Source: a bacterium
Lineage (GTDB): Bacteria; Verrucomicrobiota; Kiritimatiellia; RFP12; UBA1067
Length of the DNA: 64,000 bases
Assembly: GCA_025360845.1 (NCBI GenBank)
Contig: JANYBJ010000015.1
Span: forward strand, 2,360 to 66,359
Direction: 5' to 3'
Within the stretch, counting starts at the first letter, position 1. The number at the start of each line of letters is the position of its first letter. Below are positions 1-8,574 of the stretch, piece after piece. The position numbers and the translations under genes are program-made. Under the pieces are notes generated by a model. It made no database searches and was not told the origin of the DNA. It saw nothing but the letters and a program-made list of their open reading frames with translations.

Positions 1-413
1 GCATCCCACCCGCCCCCGGCGGTCTGGAGGCCGTGCATGACTTGGAGGCACGCGGCCATGACCTCGCGATCGTCACCGGACGTCCCGCCACCAGCCACGA
101 CGGGTCCTGCTCTTGGCTCCGCAAATACGGACTCGCCCACCTCGCGGTCATCTACTTGGACAAATACGGACGCGCACCCGCCGACCCGCCGACCGGCACG
201 CCCAAAACGCTGAGCCGAGACGAGTTCGCGACGCTCCATTTCGATGTCGCGATCGATGACTCGCCGACCGCGCTCGACCTGTTGGCGCACCGTGCGGACT
301 GCACGGTCATTGTCTACAACCGCCCGTGGAACCAACGCTATGCGCATGCGGCCAACATGCGCCGAAGCGACTCCTGGCAGGAGATTGTAAGCCTGATCGG
401 AGGACTTGCCTAA
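1..413 (+). CDS. C-terminal fragment (5' end outside window) of HAD-superfamily 5'(3')-deoxyribonucleotidase-like protein
   Basis: Open frame runs from window edge to stop at 411-413; motifs 'DDSP' and 'YNRPWN' resemble NT5C-type HAD nucleotidases; first in-window Met at 33. Confidence 0.45.
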   Translation, partial: IPPAPGGLEAVHDLEARGHDLAIVTGRPATSHDGSCSWLRKYGLAHLAVIYLDKYGRAPADPPTGTPKTLSRDEFATLHFDVAIDDSPTALDLLAHRADCTVIVYNRPWNQRYAHAANMRRSDSWQEIVSLIGGLA

Positions 414-465
414 ACCCGGCGCACCCGCAACCATCTGGGCCTTCACCGCCAAGACCACGCAAAAC

Positions 466-1077
466 TTAGTGCAAGGCTTTCTTGAGATAAGGCAGATATT
501 GTCGGGTGTAGACGATGATCGACCAGACGTTGATGATGATCAGTAGCGCCTCGATCACAAAGATCAACGCCTGGGGCAGGAAGAAGAGGTGGAGCGAGGC
601 GTAGACATAGATCACGCAAGCCGCAGGAAAGCTCGCCGCCGTGCGGAATTTGCCCATCCAATTCGCGCGGCAGTCGGCGTCGTACAGCGCGCCCACCGAG
701 CGCAGGAAGGTCACCCACTGGTCGCGCAGGATGTAGAGCACCGTGAAGACCAGCATCACCAGCGCGTGTACCGCCTCGTCCGGCTGCCTCCCGAGCAGCC
801 AGAGCAGCGTCGGGAAAACCACGAGGTAAAAGACCTTGTCCATCAGCGGATCGGCCATCGCGCCGAATTTGCTGACCACGTTCCACTTGCGTGCCAACTG
901 TCCGTCGAAAAGATCGGTCAGCGAAGCTAAAGCCAACGACACCGTGGCCGCCACCGCCAGCCACCACGCCTTAGGCGTATAGGCGTGAATGATCGCCAGC
1001 ACCATGAAGAGCACCACAAACGGCACACGTCCAAAGGTGAGGGCATTGACGATCAGACGTTTTGCTTTAGCATCCAT
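466..1077 (-). CDS. pgsA: CDP-alcohol phosphatidyltransferase (CDP-diacylglycerol--glycerol-3-phosphate 3-phosphatidyltransferase-like)
   Basis: Motif 'DLFDGQLARKWN...GAMADPLMDKV' matches the CDP-OH_P_transf signature D-G-x2-A-R-x8-G-x3-D-x3-D; multiple TM helices; ATG at 1077 chosen (ORF extends to 1140). Confidence 0.75.
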   Translation of the reverse strand: MDAKAKRLIVNALTFGRVPFVVLFMVLAIIHAYTPKAWWLAVAATVSLALASLTDLFDGQLARKWNVVSKFGAMADPLMDKVFYLVVFPTLLWLLGRQPDEAVHALVMLVFTVLYILRDQWVTFLRSVGALYDADCRANWMGKFRTAASFPAACVIYVYASLHLFFLPQALIFVIEALLIIINVWSIIVYTRQYLPYLKKALH

Positions 1078-1208
1078 GAGACTTATCAAACCAAAAAAGG
1101 TCCGGTTTGGAAACACAAAAGTCGTTTGAAGGCGTATCACTTTCTTCTTTGTGTCCGCAAGGCTTTGTGTTTCAATGGATTCACTTCATAAATTATGGGG
1201 GCTTCTTC

Positions 1209-4200
1209 ATGTATCACCGTTTCCGCTTCATGACAGGACTCGCTGTGTTGCTGATGACCGGCTCCGTCCTCGCGTTCAATCCGCCGACCGACACGCAAGA
1301 GCACGTCACCTTGAGTATCGAGGGCTTACCGGAAAAGGTCGCGACTGAAAAACCGCTCGTTTTTAACGTGGTGTTGAAAAATGGTGGCACACAACCGGTC
1401 AGAGGCACGGTCCATGTCGGCATGAACGACGATTGGCGGCTGACCGGCACCAACGCTTTCGCGGTTTCTGTCGAGCCCGGAAAAACATGGCAAACCGCCT
1501 GCTCCGCCTCAGCAGGCGCGCGCGTGCTGGACGCGCATTATCCCGTCCACGCGCGGTTCAGCTTCGAACGCAACAGTACGCGCCTCGAACTCCATCCCAT
1601 CGCGGTCTTCCAAACGGTTCGTCCCGCTGCCCCGGTCTCGGCCCCTCAGGCGAAGGACATCGTCCTAACGCCGGGCGTCTGCCGCCTGATCCAGCTTTCA
1701 TGCCGCTCGGCCGCCTGGGAGAGCAACGGACGCACCACCCTTCTGCCGCCCGGCTTCAACGGGTCGGACGATGCGAGCGGCGCCACGTTTTTCCGTGCGG
1801 ACGCCGACTTCGGCGGGGTCTATCGCCGCTGCTTCAGCATCCACCCTCCTTGGAAAGGCGGCCACGGCACGCTCTGGGCCGACTATCGGCTGAAGCTGCC
1901 CGTCGAGACGCCGATCCTCCTCAGGTTCCACACCGCTGTCCGCGAGAAACGCCCTGAAGAGCAGCGCGGCAGCGACGGCGTGGAGTTCAAGGTACACTTG
2001 CAGACCGCGGACGGCCTCCGAAAGGAGCTGTTCACCCGCTTCACCGACGCCTCCACGTGGCAGCCCGCCGAAGCGGACCTCTCCGCCTATGCGGGACAGA
2101 CCGTGACCCTGCGCCTCTGGAACGGTCCCGGTCCCAAGAACGACACCACCTGCGACAACGGCTTCTGGGGCGATCCGGTCCTGCGGGTCGGCGCGTTGCA
2201 GCAGCCGGTGAGCGAAGCCGCTTGGGCGGCCCGCACCGAGACCGCCCTGCGTCTGGCCCGCGAAGCCATGACCCGTAAACCCGACGCGCCGGGCGCCTTC
2301 CGGCTGAAGTTCAACAAGGAGACGTGCGGCGCAGCCGTCGTGGCCGGCGAAGAGGGGCTGACGGACGGCGTGATCGCCTTTTCCGACGGCACGCGTGACG
2401 TGGCCTTCCGCGGCTTCACGGTGGCGGTCGACGGTGAGCCGGTCGGCGGCGCACGCGACGGACAGCCGGTGCAGCGGATCGAAACCGCACGCGAAGGCGA
2501 CGGCTGGGTGGTCACGCACCACGTCGGGCAGGCGCAAGGCCTGCCCCTACAGGTTCGCGCGAAAATCCGCGCCGACCACGGTGTGCTCCGCATCGCGTGG
2601 GACATGCCGGGCGCGATCCGCGACCCGCGCGGCACCCCGCGCTTCTCCACGCTCGCCCTCGGACCAGCGACCCGCAAGCCCGCCCGCATCTATCTCGGTT
2701 TCGGCGCGGTGTATGAGGAGCCCGGCAATTTCATGCTGCCGCTCGGCGGCGTCCAGCTCGGCACGCGCCACATCGGCGCGGACTACGCCGGCGGACTCAG
2801 CCTCGTGCAGGCGACCGACCTGCTTCCCGACCGGTTGGTCTGCTCACCCGGAAGCAACCTCTTCTCGCTGGAGGCGCCCCACGACGCCTGTTTCATGTTC
2901 GCCCCTTCCTCGCAGGGCGCCTATGCGGCGGCACGCGCCTACCGCGAGGTGTGCGGGTTCGAGAAGTCCCCGGGCGTGGACGGTCTGCTCGGCCGCGTCT
3001 GCCTCGACCAGTGGGGGGGCGACTACCGCGAGGCGGCCAAGAATCTCGACCGCGCCGCGAAGTACGGCCTGAACCATGCGCTCTTCGTGAAGCACGACTG
3101 GCAGCGCTGGGGCTACGACTACCGCCTGCCCGAAATCTATCCGCCCGCGGGCGGACTCGAGCCGTTCCGCGAGATGCGCGAGGCCGCGAGGCGGGCCGGG
3201 ATGCTCTTCGCCCCGCACGACAACTACATCGACTTTTACCCGGACGCCGAGGGCTTCAGCTACGACCACATCGTGTTCAACGCGGACGGCACGCCGTACA
3301 AAGCCTGGTACAATCCCGGTCCCGACGCGCAGAGCTACCGCTGGCTGCCCGACGCCTTCACGCCCTGGCTCACCGCCAACATGAAGCGCATGCGTGAAGG
3401 GTTCGGCCCCGACGCGCTCTTCATCGACGTCTTCACCTCCATTCCGCCGTTCGACTACTACGACCGCAAGGGCGACTTCCACACCCGCGCCGAAACCGTG
3501 AAGGGATGGCGGGCCGCCTTCGACTCCAGCCGCCGCCTGCTCGGCCACGACGCGGCCATGATCAGCGAGTCCGGCCACGACGCGCTGATCGGCTCCATCG
3601 ACGGCGTGCAGGCCGACCACTGGCGTCCATTATGTTGGCTCGGCGTGTTCAAAGACGCCGACCGCACCCCGTGGCACGACATGGTCACCCACGGCAAGAT
3701 GGTGCTCTTCGCGGGCGGGCTCGGCGACCGCTACGATCCGGACCCGAAGCACGGCTACGGCAGCGACGACTATCTCTCCAACACCGTGCTGGGCGGGCGC
3801 GGGCCGATGTGCGACGGCCCCTTCTCCCGCCGCGCGGTCATGACCTACTGGCTGCAACACGACGTCTGTGACGCGCTGGCGCATGTGGAGATGGAGACGC
3901 ACAGCTTCGGCGCGAGCGTGCGGCAGCAGCACACGACTTTCGGCAAAGGCGGGCAGGTGTGGGCCAACCGCGGCACCAACGTCTGGAGCGTGGCGGGCAA
4001 AACCCTGCCCGAGTACGGCTTCTACGCGCAGACCCGCAAGGCCGAGGCGGGCGTGGTGCGGCTCAACGGACACCGCGCGGGCTTCGCCAAAACGGAAGAC
4101 GCCTTCTTCGCCGATGCGCGTCCGCTGACGGATCAGGAGCCCGACTGCCGCATCGAGACGCGCGTCGCGTCTGCCGCACGTCTCGGCCCGCGCGCCTTCC

Positions 4201-4853
4201 GCCTGACCTTCGACTGGAACATGCTCGAGCCGCTGGAGCCGGGCTACGTGCCGTTCATCCACATCGGGCACACGTCCGATTTCGACTCGGAGAGCATCGA
4301 CGCCCAGGCCGGGATGGAGTTCGACCTCGCGCTCCTGACGAAGCCCGGCACCTTCCGTTCGACCGCCGATGTGCGGCTGCCCCAGGATTTCGCGCCCGGC
4401 GACTACCGGGTGCGCTACGGCGTCTTCCATCAGAAAAACGGCGACCGCGTGCCCTTGCGCGGCGCCGACGCGCAGCTCCGCCGCATCCGCGCGGGCCTCC
4501 TGCGGATCACCGCAACCGGCGACGATTACCTCCTCGAAGAGCCGCCGGCGGATAGTCCGGACGTGAACCTCGCAGGCGCGATGCTCGACTTCGGCCCGCT
4601 CGCGACCGACGGCGCGTTCCGCCTGCTGCACGACCGCAAGGCGTGGCAGCTCATTCCGCTGCCCGCAAGCCGGCCTTTCCGCGCCGAGATCCGTCTCGCG
4701 GCGTTCGGCAAAGAAGGCGCGAAGGTCAAGGCCGTCGATAAGATTGACCCCAACAATGCTTACGCGAAAGATCCCGAATGGACACAGGATGGCGAGGTGT
4801 TGCGCCTGGCCTGCGACGGCCGCTCCTTCGGGTACCGAATCGTGTTCGAATAA
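1209..4853 (+). CDS. Giant secreted protein (1214 aa) with N-terminal Ig-like region and central TIM-barrel glycoside-hydrolase-like domain; paralog A of tandem pair
   Basis: ATG at 1209 followed by signal peptide 'MTGLAVLLMTGSVLAFNPP'; central block 'DQWGGDY...FVKHDWQRWGYDYRLPEIYPPAGGL...HDNYIDFYPDA' typical of (beta/alpha)8 glycosidase-like folds; GH family not assignable by eye. Confidence 0.8.
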   Translation: MYHRFRFMTGLAVLLMTGSVLAFNPPTDTQEHVTLSIEGLPEKVATEKPLVFNVVLKNGGTQPVRGTVHVGMNDDWRLTGTNAFAVSVEPGKTWQTACSASAGARVLDAHYPVHARFSFERNSTRLELHPIAVFQTVRPAAPVSAPQAKDIVLTPGVCRLIQLSCRSAAWESNGRTTLLPPGFNGSDDASGATFFRADADFGGVYRRCFSIHPPWKGGHGTLWADYRLKLPVETPILLRFHTAVREKRPEEQRGSDGVEFKVHLQTADGLRKELFTRFTDASTWQPAEADLSAYAGQTVTLRLWNGPGPKNDTTCDNGFWGDPVLRVGALQQPVSEAAWAARTETALRLAREAMTRKPDAPGAFRLKFNKETCGAAVVAGEEGLTDGVIAFSDGTRDVAFRGFTVAVDGEPVGGARDGQPVQRIETAREGDGWVVTHHVGQAQGLPLQVRAKIRADHGVLRIAWDMPGAIRDPRGTPRFSTLALGPATRKPARIYLGFGAVYEEPGNFMLPLGGVQLGTRHIGADYAGGLSLVQATDLLPDRLVCSPGSNLFSLEAPHDACFMFAPSSQGAYAAARAYREVCGFEKSPGVDGLLGRVCLDQWGGDYREAAKNLDRAAKYGLNHALFVKHDWQRWGYDYRLPEIYPPAGGLEPFREMREAARRAGMLFAPHDNYIDFYPDAEGFSYDHIVFNADGTPYKAWYNPGPDAQSYRWLPDAFTPWLTANMKRMREGFGPDALFIDVFTSIPPFDYYDRKGDFHTRAETVKGWRAAFDSSRRLLGHDAAMISESGHDALIGSIDGVQADHWRPLCWLGVFKDADRTPWHDMVTHGKMVLFAGGLGDRYDPDPKHGYGSDDYLSNTVLGGRGPMCDGPFSRRAVMTYWLQHDVCDALAHVEMETHSFGASVRQQHTTFGKGGQVWANRGTNVWSVAGKTLPEYGFYAQTRKAEAGVVRLNGHRAGFAKTEDAFFADARPLTDQEPDCRIETRVASAARLGPRAFRLTFDWNMLEPLEPGYVPFIHIGHTSDFDSESIDAQAGMEFDLALLTKPGTFRSTADVRLPQDFAPGDYRVRYGVFHQKNGDRVPLRGADAQLRRIRAGLLRITATGDDYLLEEPPADSPDVNLAGAMLDFGPLATDGAFRLLHDRKAWQLIPLPASRPFRAEIRLAAFGKEGAKVKAVDKIDPNNAYAKDPEWTQDGEVLRLACDGRSFGYRIVFE

Positions 4854-4865
4854 AGGGGAACAACT

Positions 4866-7800
4866 ATGCGGAACTGTGTCAGCAAATTCATCTTGTCAGC
4901 CGTGTTATCATGCGCCAGCGTCGTTTTCGCGTTCAACCCGCCGACGGATAAGCAGGAGGGGGTGACGCTGAGCATCGAGGGCGTCGCGGAGAAAGTTGCG
5001 ACCGACAAGCCGCTCGCCTTTACGGTCACGCTCAAGAACGAACGGTCCCAAGCGGTGGCCGGCACGGTCAGCCTCTGGCTCAACGATGACTGGCAAGTGG
5101 TCGGCACCAATGCGGTCGCCCTTTCCGCCGATCCCGGCAAGAGCGTGACGATCCCCTGCTCCGCCCAGGCACGTGGCTCGGTGCTGAGCGCGCTCTATCC
5201 GGTCCACGCCAAACTCGCGCTCGCCGTGGAGGGCAAGACCGTCGAGCTTCACCCCATCGCGATCTTCGAGGCCGAAAAGCCCGCGTCGGCGAAAGCGGCA
5301 CCCGCACTGACGGAAACGGTTCTCGGCGACGGCGTGGTGCGACTCGACAGCGGCGTCTCCCGCCAGGTATTCCTTCGCCAGAAGGAGAAGGTTGCCGAAT
5401 TGGGTGTGAATTACTCCGGAGCGGATGCGGCGAGCGGCACGCACATGAGCGTTGGCACGGCCATGCGCGGCGGCGTGTCGCGTGCGGGGTTCCTGGTCCA
5501 CCCGCCTTACCGCGGCGATGCGGGTGTGACCTGGAACGATTTCAAACTGGCCCTGCCCGCCAACAAGCCTGCCGTACTGAAGTTCTTCACCGCCTTGCGT
5601 GACACCGGCCCGACCGAACCCGCAAGCGACGGCACGGAGTTCAAGGTCGTCGTCATCGGGGCGGACAAGGCGGAGAAAGAGCTGTTCACGCGCTTCAGCG
5701 CCAGCAAAACATGGGAGCCTGCCGCTGTGGATCTCTGCGCCTATGCGGGCCAGCACATCACCTTGCGCCTCTGGACGGGGCCCGGCCCGAAGAACGACAC
5801 GACCTGCGACCAGTGCTACTGGGGCGATCCCGTGATCGCTGTCGGCGCTCTGCCGGCGCTGCCGACCGAAGCGCGGTGGCAGGCGCTGGAAGGGCAAGCC
5901 GCCGCCGCCGCCAAGCTGGCGCTGACGAAAAAGCCCAAACGCGGTACCGGCATCTTCCGCCTCGACGTCAACGGCCAGCGCTTCGGCGCGGCGGTTGTGT
6001 TGGGCGAGCAGGGATTGACCGACGGCGTGATCGCCTTTACTGACGGCACGCGCGTGCTGACCTACCGCGGCTTCGCATGCAACGTCGACGGGGCCGCTGT
6101 CGGCGGCGTCGAGAACGGCCAGCCCGTGTTGCGCGTCGAGACTTCGGACGACGGTGGCGCGTGGGCGGTGACTCACCAGGTCGCACAGTCGGCGGGCGCA
6201 TTGCCGGTGCGTGCGACGATCCGCGCCGACGGCGGCGCGCTGCGCATCGCATGGGATATGCCGGGCGTCACGCGAGACACTCGCGGCACGCCGCGCTTCA
6301 CGCGGCTGGGGATCGGCGCGTGCGGCCTGCCGGTCTGGCGCGCCTATGCGGGCTTCGGCAACGTGATCGAAGAGCCGGGCGCGTTCAACCTGCCGGGCGG
6401 CGGATTCACCCTCAGCACGCGCCACATCGGCGCGGACTACACCAACGGCCTCAGCCTCGTGCAGGCGTGCGACATCTTCCCCGACCAATTGACGTATTCG
6501 CCCGAGACGCGGCGCTACGCGCTGGAGACCCAGCATGACGCGGGCTTCATGTTCGTCCCCTCGGCGAAGGGCGCGTTCGACGCCGCCCGAGCCTATCGCG
6601 CGATCTGCGGCTTCAAGAAAGGCCCCGGCGTGGACGCGCTGCTGGGCCGCGTCTGCCTCGACCAGTGGGGCGGGGATTATCTGGAGGCCGCGAAAGATCT
6701 GGAAGAGGCCGCGAAATACGGCGTGACCGATGCGGTCTTCGTGAAGCACGACTGGCAGCGCTGGGGCTACGACTACCGTCTGCCGGAGATCTATCCGCCG
6801 GCCGGCGGGCTCGCGCCGTTCCTCGCGATGCGCAAGGCGGCGGAGAAGGCGGGCATGCTGTTCTGCCCGCACGACAACTACATCGACTTCTATCCGGACG
6901 CCGCGGGATACAGCTACGACCCGATCGTGTTCCAAGAAGACGGGTCTCCCACGAAGGCGTGGCTCAACGAGGGCCGCAAGGCGCAAAGCTACCGCTGGCT
7001 GCCGCACGGGGTCCGTCCCTGGCTGGAGAACAACATGCGGCTGTTGCACGACGGGTTCGGCCCCGACGCGCTCTTCATCGATGTCTTCTCCGCCATCGCG
7101 CCGTTCGATTACTATGATCGCGCTGGAACCTATTATCCGCGCACCCGCGCCGCGAAAGAGTGGCGCGACGCCTTCGACACGTGCCGTGCCATGCTGAAGA
7201 AAGGCGCGCCCATGCTGAGCGAGGCCGGCACCGACGCCCTGATCGGCTCGCTCGACGGCGGAGAGGCGGACCACTTTCCCGCACGCCGCTGGATAAAGGA
7301 GTTCAAAGACGCCGACCGCACGCCGTGGCACGACATGGCCACCCACGGCAAGATGGTGCTGCTCGCCGGCGGGCTCGGGCCGCGCTACAGCGCCGACACG
7401 TGGGAGGAGTTTGCGGGCAAACCCCAGTTCGGTTACGGCAGCGACGACTATCTCTCCAACACGGTCATGGGCGGACGCAACCCGATGTGCGACGGCCCCT
7501 TCTCGCGCCGCCCGGTGATGACCTATTGGCTGCTGCACGACGTGTGCGGCGCGCTGGCCCGCGAGGATTTTGAAACCCACGCCTTCGGCGCGTGCGTGCG
7601 TCAGCAGCACACCACCTTCAGCAAGGGCGGACAGGTCTGGGTCAACCGCGGCTCCAACGTATGGAGCGTGGCAGACGGCCAGACGCTGCCCCTGTACGGC
7701 TTTTACGCCAAGACCCGCGACGCCGAGGCGGGCATTGTGCTGATCGGCGGCCAGCGCGCGGGCTTCGCGAAATCCAAACAGTGCTTTTTCGCAGATGCGC

Positions 7801-8561
7801 GGCCGACACACAATCCGCTGAGCCGCATGTTGGTCGAGTCCTCCAGCGCGGGCGGCAAGTATCTCGGTGACGGCGCGTTCGAGGTCACCTTCAACTGGAA
7901 TGTGCTGGACCCCTCCTTCGAGGGCTACGTGCCCTTCATCCACGTCTGTGCCGACAAAGGCAGCACAAGCAACGGCGAGACGATCACGTTTCAAGCGGAG
8001 ATGAAGTCCGACCGCACGCTGTTCAAGCGGGCGGGCCGTTTCACGGCGACAGCGAACCTCGCGATACCGCCGAACATGCCGGCGGGCGAGTACAGGATTC
8101 GCTACGGACTCTTCCATCCGGGCAAGGGCGACCGGATATCGATCCGGGGGCTTGCCGACGGCGGCCAGCGCATTCGTGGCGGCATCCTGCACGTCGAGAA
8201 GAGCGGCGACCGCTTCACCGGCGGCAGCTTTGAGCTGGAGACGAACGGCGCCGATGAAAAGGCGCTGGAGCTGAACGTCGCCAAGAAGATGCTCGATTTC
8301 GGCCCGGTGGTCACGGATGGCGCATTCCGTTTACTGCATGCCGACCGGAAGGCGTGGCAGCTTATCCCGCTGCCCGGCAGCAACCCGTTCTGTGCGGAGA
8401 TCAAGCTGGCGGAGTTGGGTGCGGGGCGAACGAAGGTCAAGACGGTCGAGAAAATCGATCCGTTCAACGCCACCGCGAAAGACCCGGAGTGGAATCAAGA
8501 CGGAAGCCGGGTGCGCCTTTCCTGCGACGGCCAGTCGTTCGCTTACAGGCTCGTTTTCTAA
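4866..8561 (+). CDS. Giant secreted protein (1231 aa), tandem paralog B of 1209..4853
   Basis: ATG at 4866; signal peptide 'LSAVLSCASVVFAFNPP'; same domain order as upstream gene; identical 25-mer 'FVKHDWQRWGYDYRLPEIYPPAGGL' and conserved C-terminus 'AFRLLH..RKAWQLIPLP'. Confidence 0.8.
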   Translation: MRNCVSKFILSAVLSCASVVFAFNPPTDKQEGVTLSIEGVAEKVATDKPLAFTVTLKNERSQAVAGTVSLWLNDDWQVVGTNAVALSADPGKSVTIPCSAQARGSVLSALYPVHAKLALAVEGKTVELHPIAIFEAEKPASAKAAPALTETVLGDGVVRLDSGVSRQVFLRQKEKVAELGVNYSGADAASGTHMSVGTAMRGGVSRAGFLVHPPYRGDAGVTWNDFKLALPANKPAVLKFFTALRDTGPTEPASDGTEFKVVVIGADKAEKELFTRFSASKTWEPAAVDLCAYAGQHITLRLWTGPGPKNDTTCDQCYWGDPVIAVGALPALPTEARWQALEGQAAAAAKLALTKKPKRGTGIFRLDVNGQRFGAAVVLGEQGLTDGVIAFTDGTRVLTYRGFACNVDGAAVGGVENGQPVLRVETSDDGGAWAVTHQVAQSAGALPVRATIRADGGALRIAWDMPGVTRDTRGTPRFTRLGIGACGLPVWRAYAGFGNVIEEPGAFNLPGGGFTLSTRHIGADYTNGLSLVQACDIFPDQLTYSPETRRYALETQHDAGFMFVPSAKGAFDAARAYRAICGFKKGPGVDALLGRVCLDQWGGDYLEAAKDLEEAAKYGVTDAVFVKHDWQRWGYDYRLPEIYPPAGGLAPFLAMRKAAEKAGMLFCPHDNYIDFYPDAAGYSYDPIVFQEDGSPTKAWLNEGRKAQSYRWLPHGVRPWLENNMRLLHDGFGPDALFIDVFSAIAPFDYYDRAGTYYPRTRAAKEWRDAFDTCRAMLKKGAPMLSEAGTDALIGSLDGGEADHFPARRWIKEFKDADRTPWHDMATHGKMVLLAGGLGPRYSADTWEEFAGKPQFGYGSDDYLSNTVMGGRNPMCDGPFSRRPVMTYWLLHDVCGALAREDFETHAFGACVRQQHTTFSKGGQVWVNRGSNVWSVADGQTLPLYGFYAKTRDAEAGIVLIGGQRAGFAKSKQCFFADARPTHNPLSRMLVESSSAGGKYLGDGAFEVTFNWNVLDPSFEGYVPFIHVCADKGSTSNGETITFQAEMKSDRTLFKRAGRFTATANLAIPPNMPAGEYRIRYGLFHPGKGDRISIRGLADGGQRIRGGILHVEKSGDRFTGGSFELETNGADEKALELNVAKKMLDFGPVVTDGAFRLLHADRKAWQLIPLPGSNPFCAEIKLAELGAGRTKVKTVEKIDPFNATAKDPEWNQDGSRVRLSCDGQSFAYRLVF

Positions 8562-8574
8562 TAGGAGTTATCAC

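Noticed and set aside
33-413. Treating 33..413 as a complete small gene
   Set aside because: The reading frame is open to the window edge and the protein looks like only the C-terminal half of an NT5C/HAD fold. It is better reported as a partial CDS.
4908-8192. Very long minus-strand ORFs (1094 aa here; also 8464..10800, 14332..17064 at 910 aa, 1698..2537, 3630..4631, 32873..37100 fragments, 62661..63974) overlapping the large plus-strand genes
   Set aside because: Arg/Ala/Gly-rich low-complexity translations with no motifs, typical antisense open frames of high-GC DNA. The opposite strand carries signal peptides and clear domain motifs (or FucI in the last case).
1209-8561. Diversity-generating retroelement (template/variable repeat) given the near-duplicate giant genes
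   Set aside because: No reverse transcriptase ORF anywhere in the window. Differences between the paralogs are distributed along the whole length rather than adenine-specific in a C-terminal variable region.
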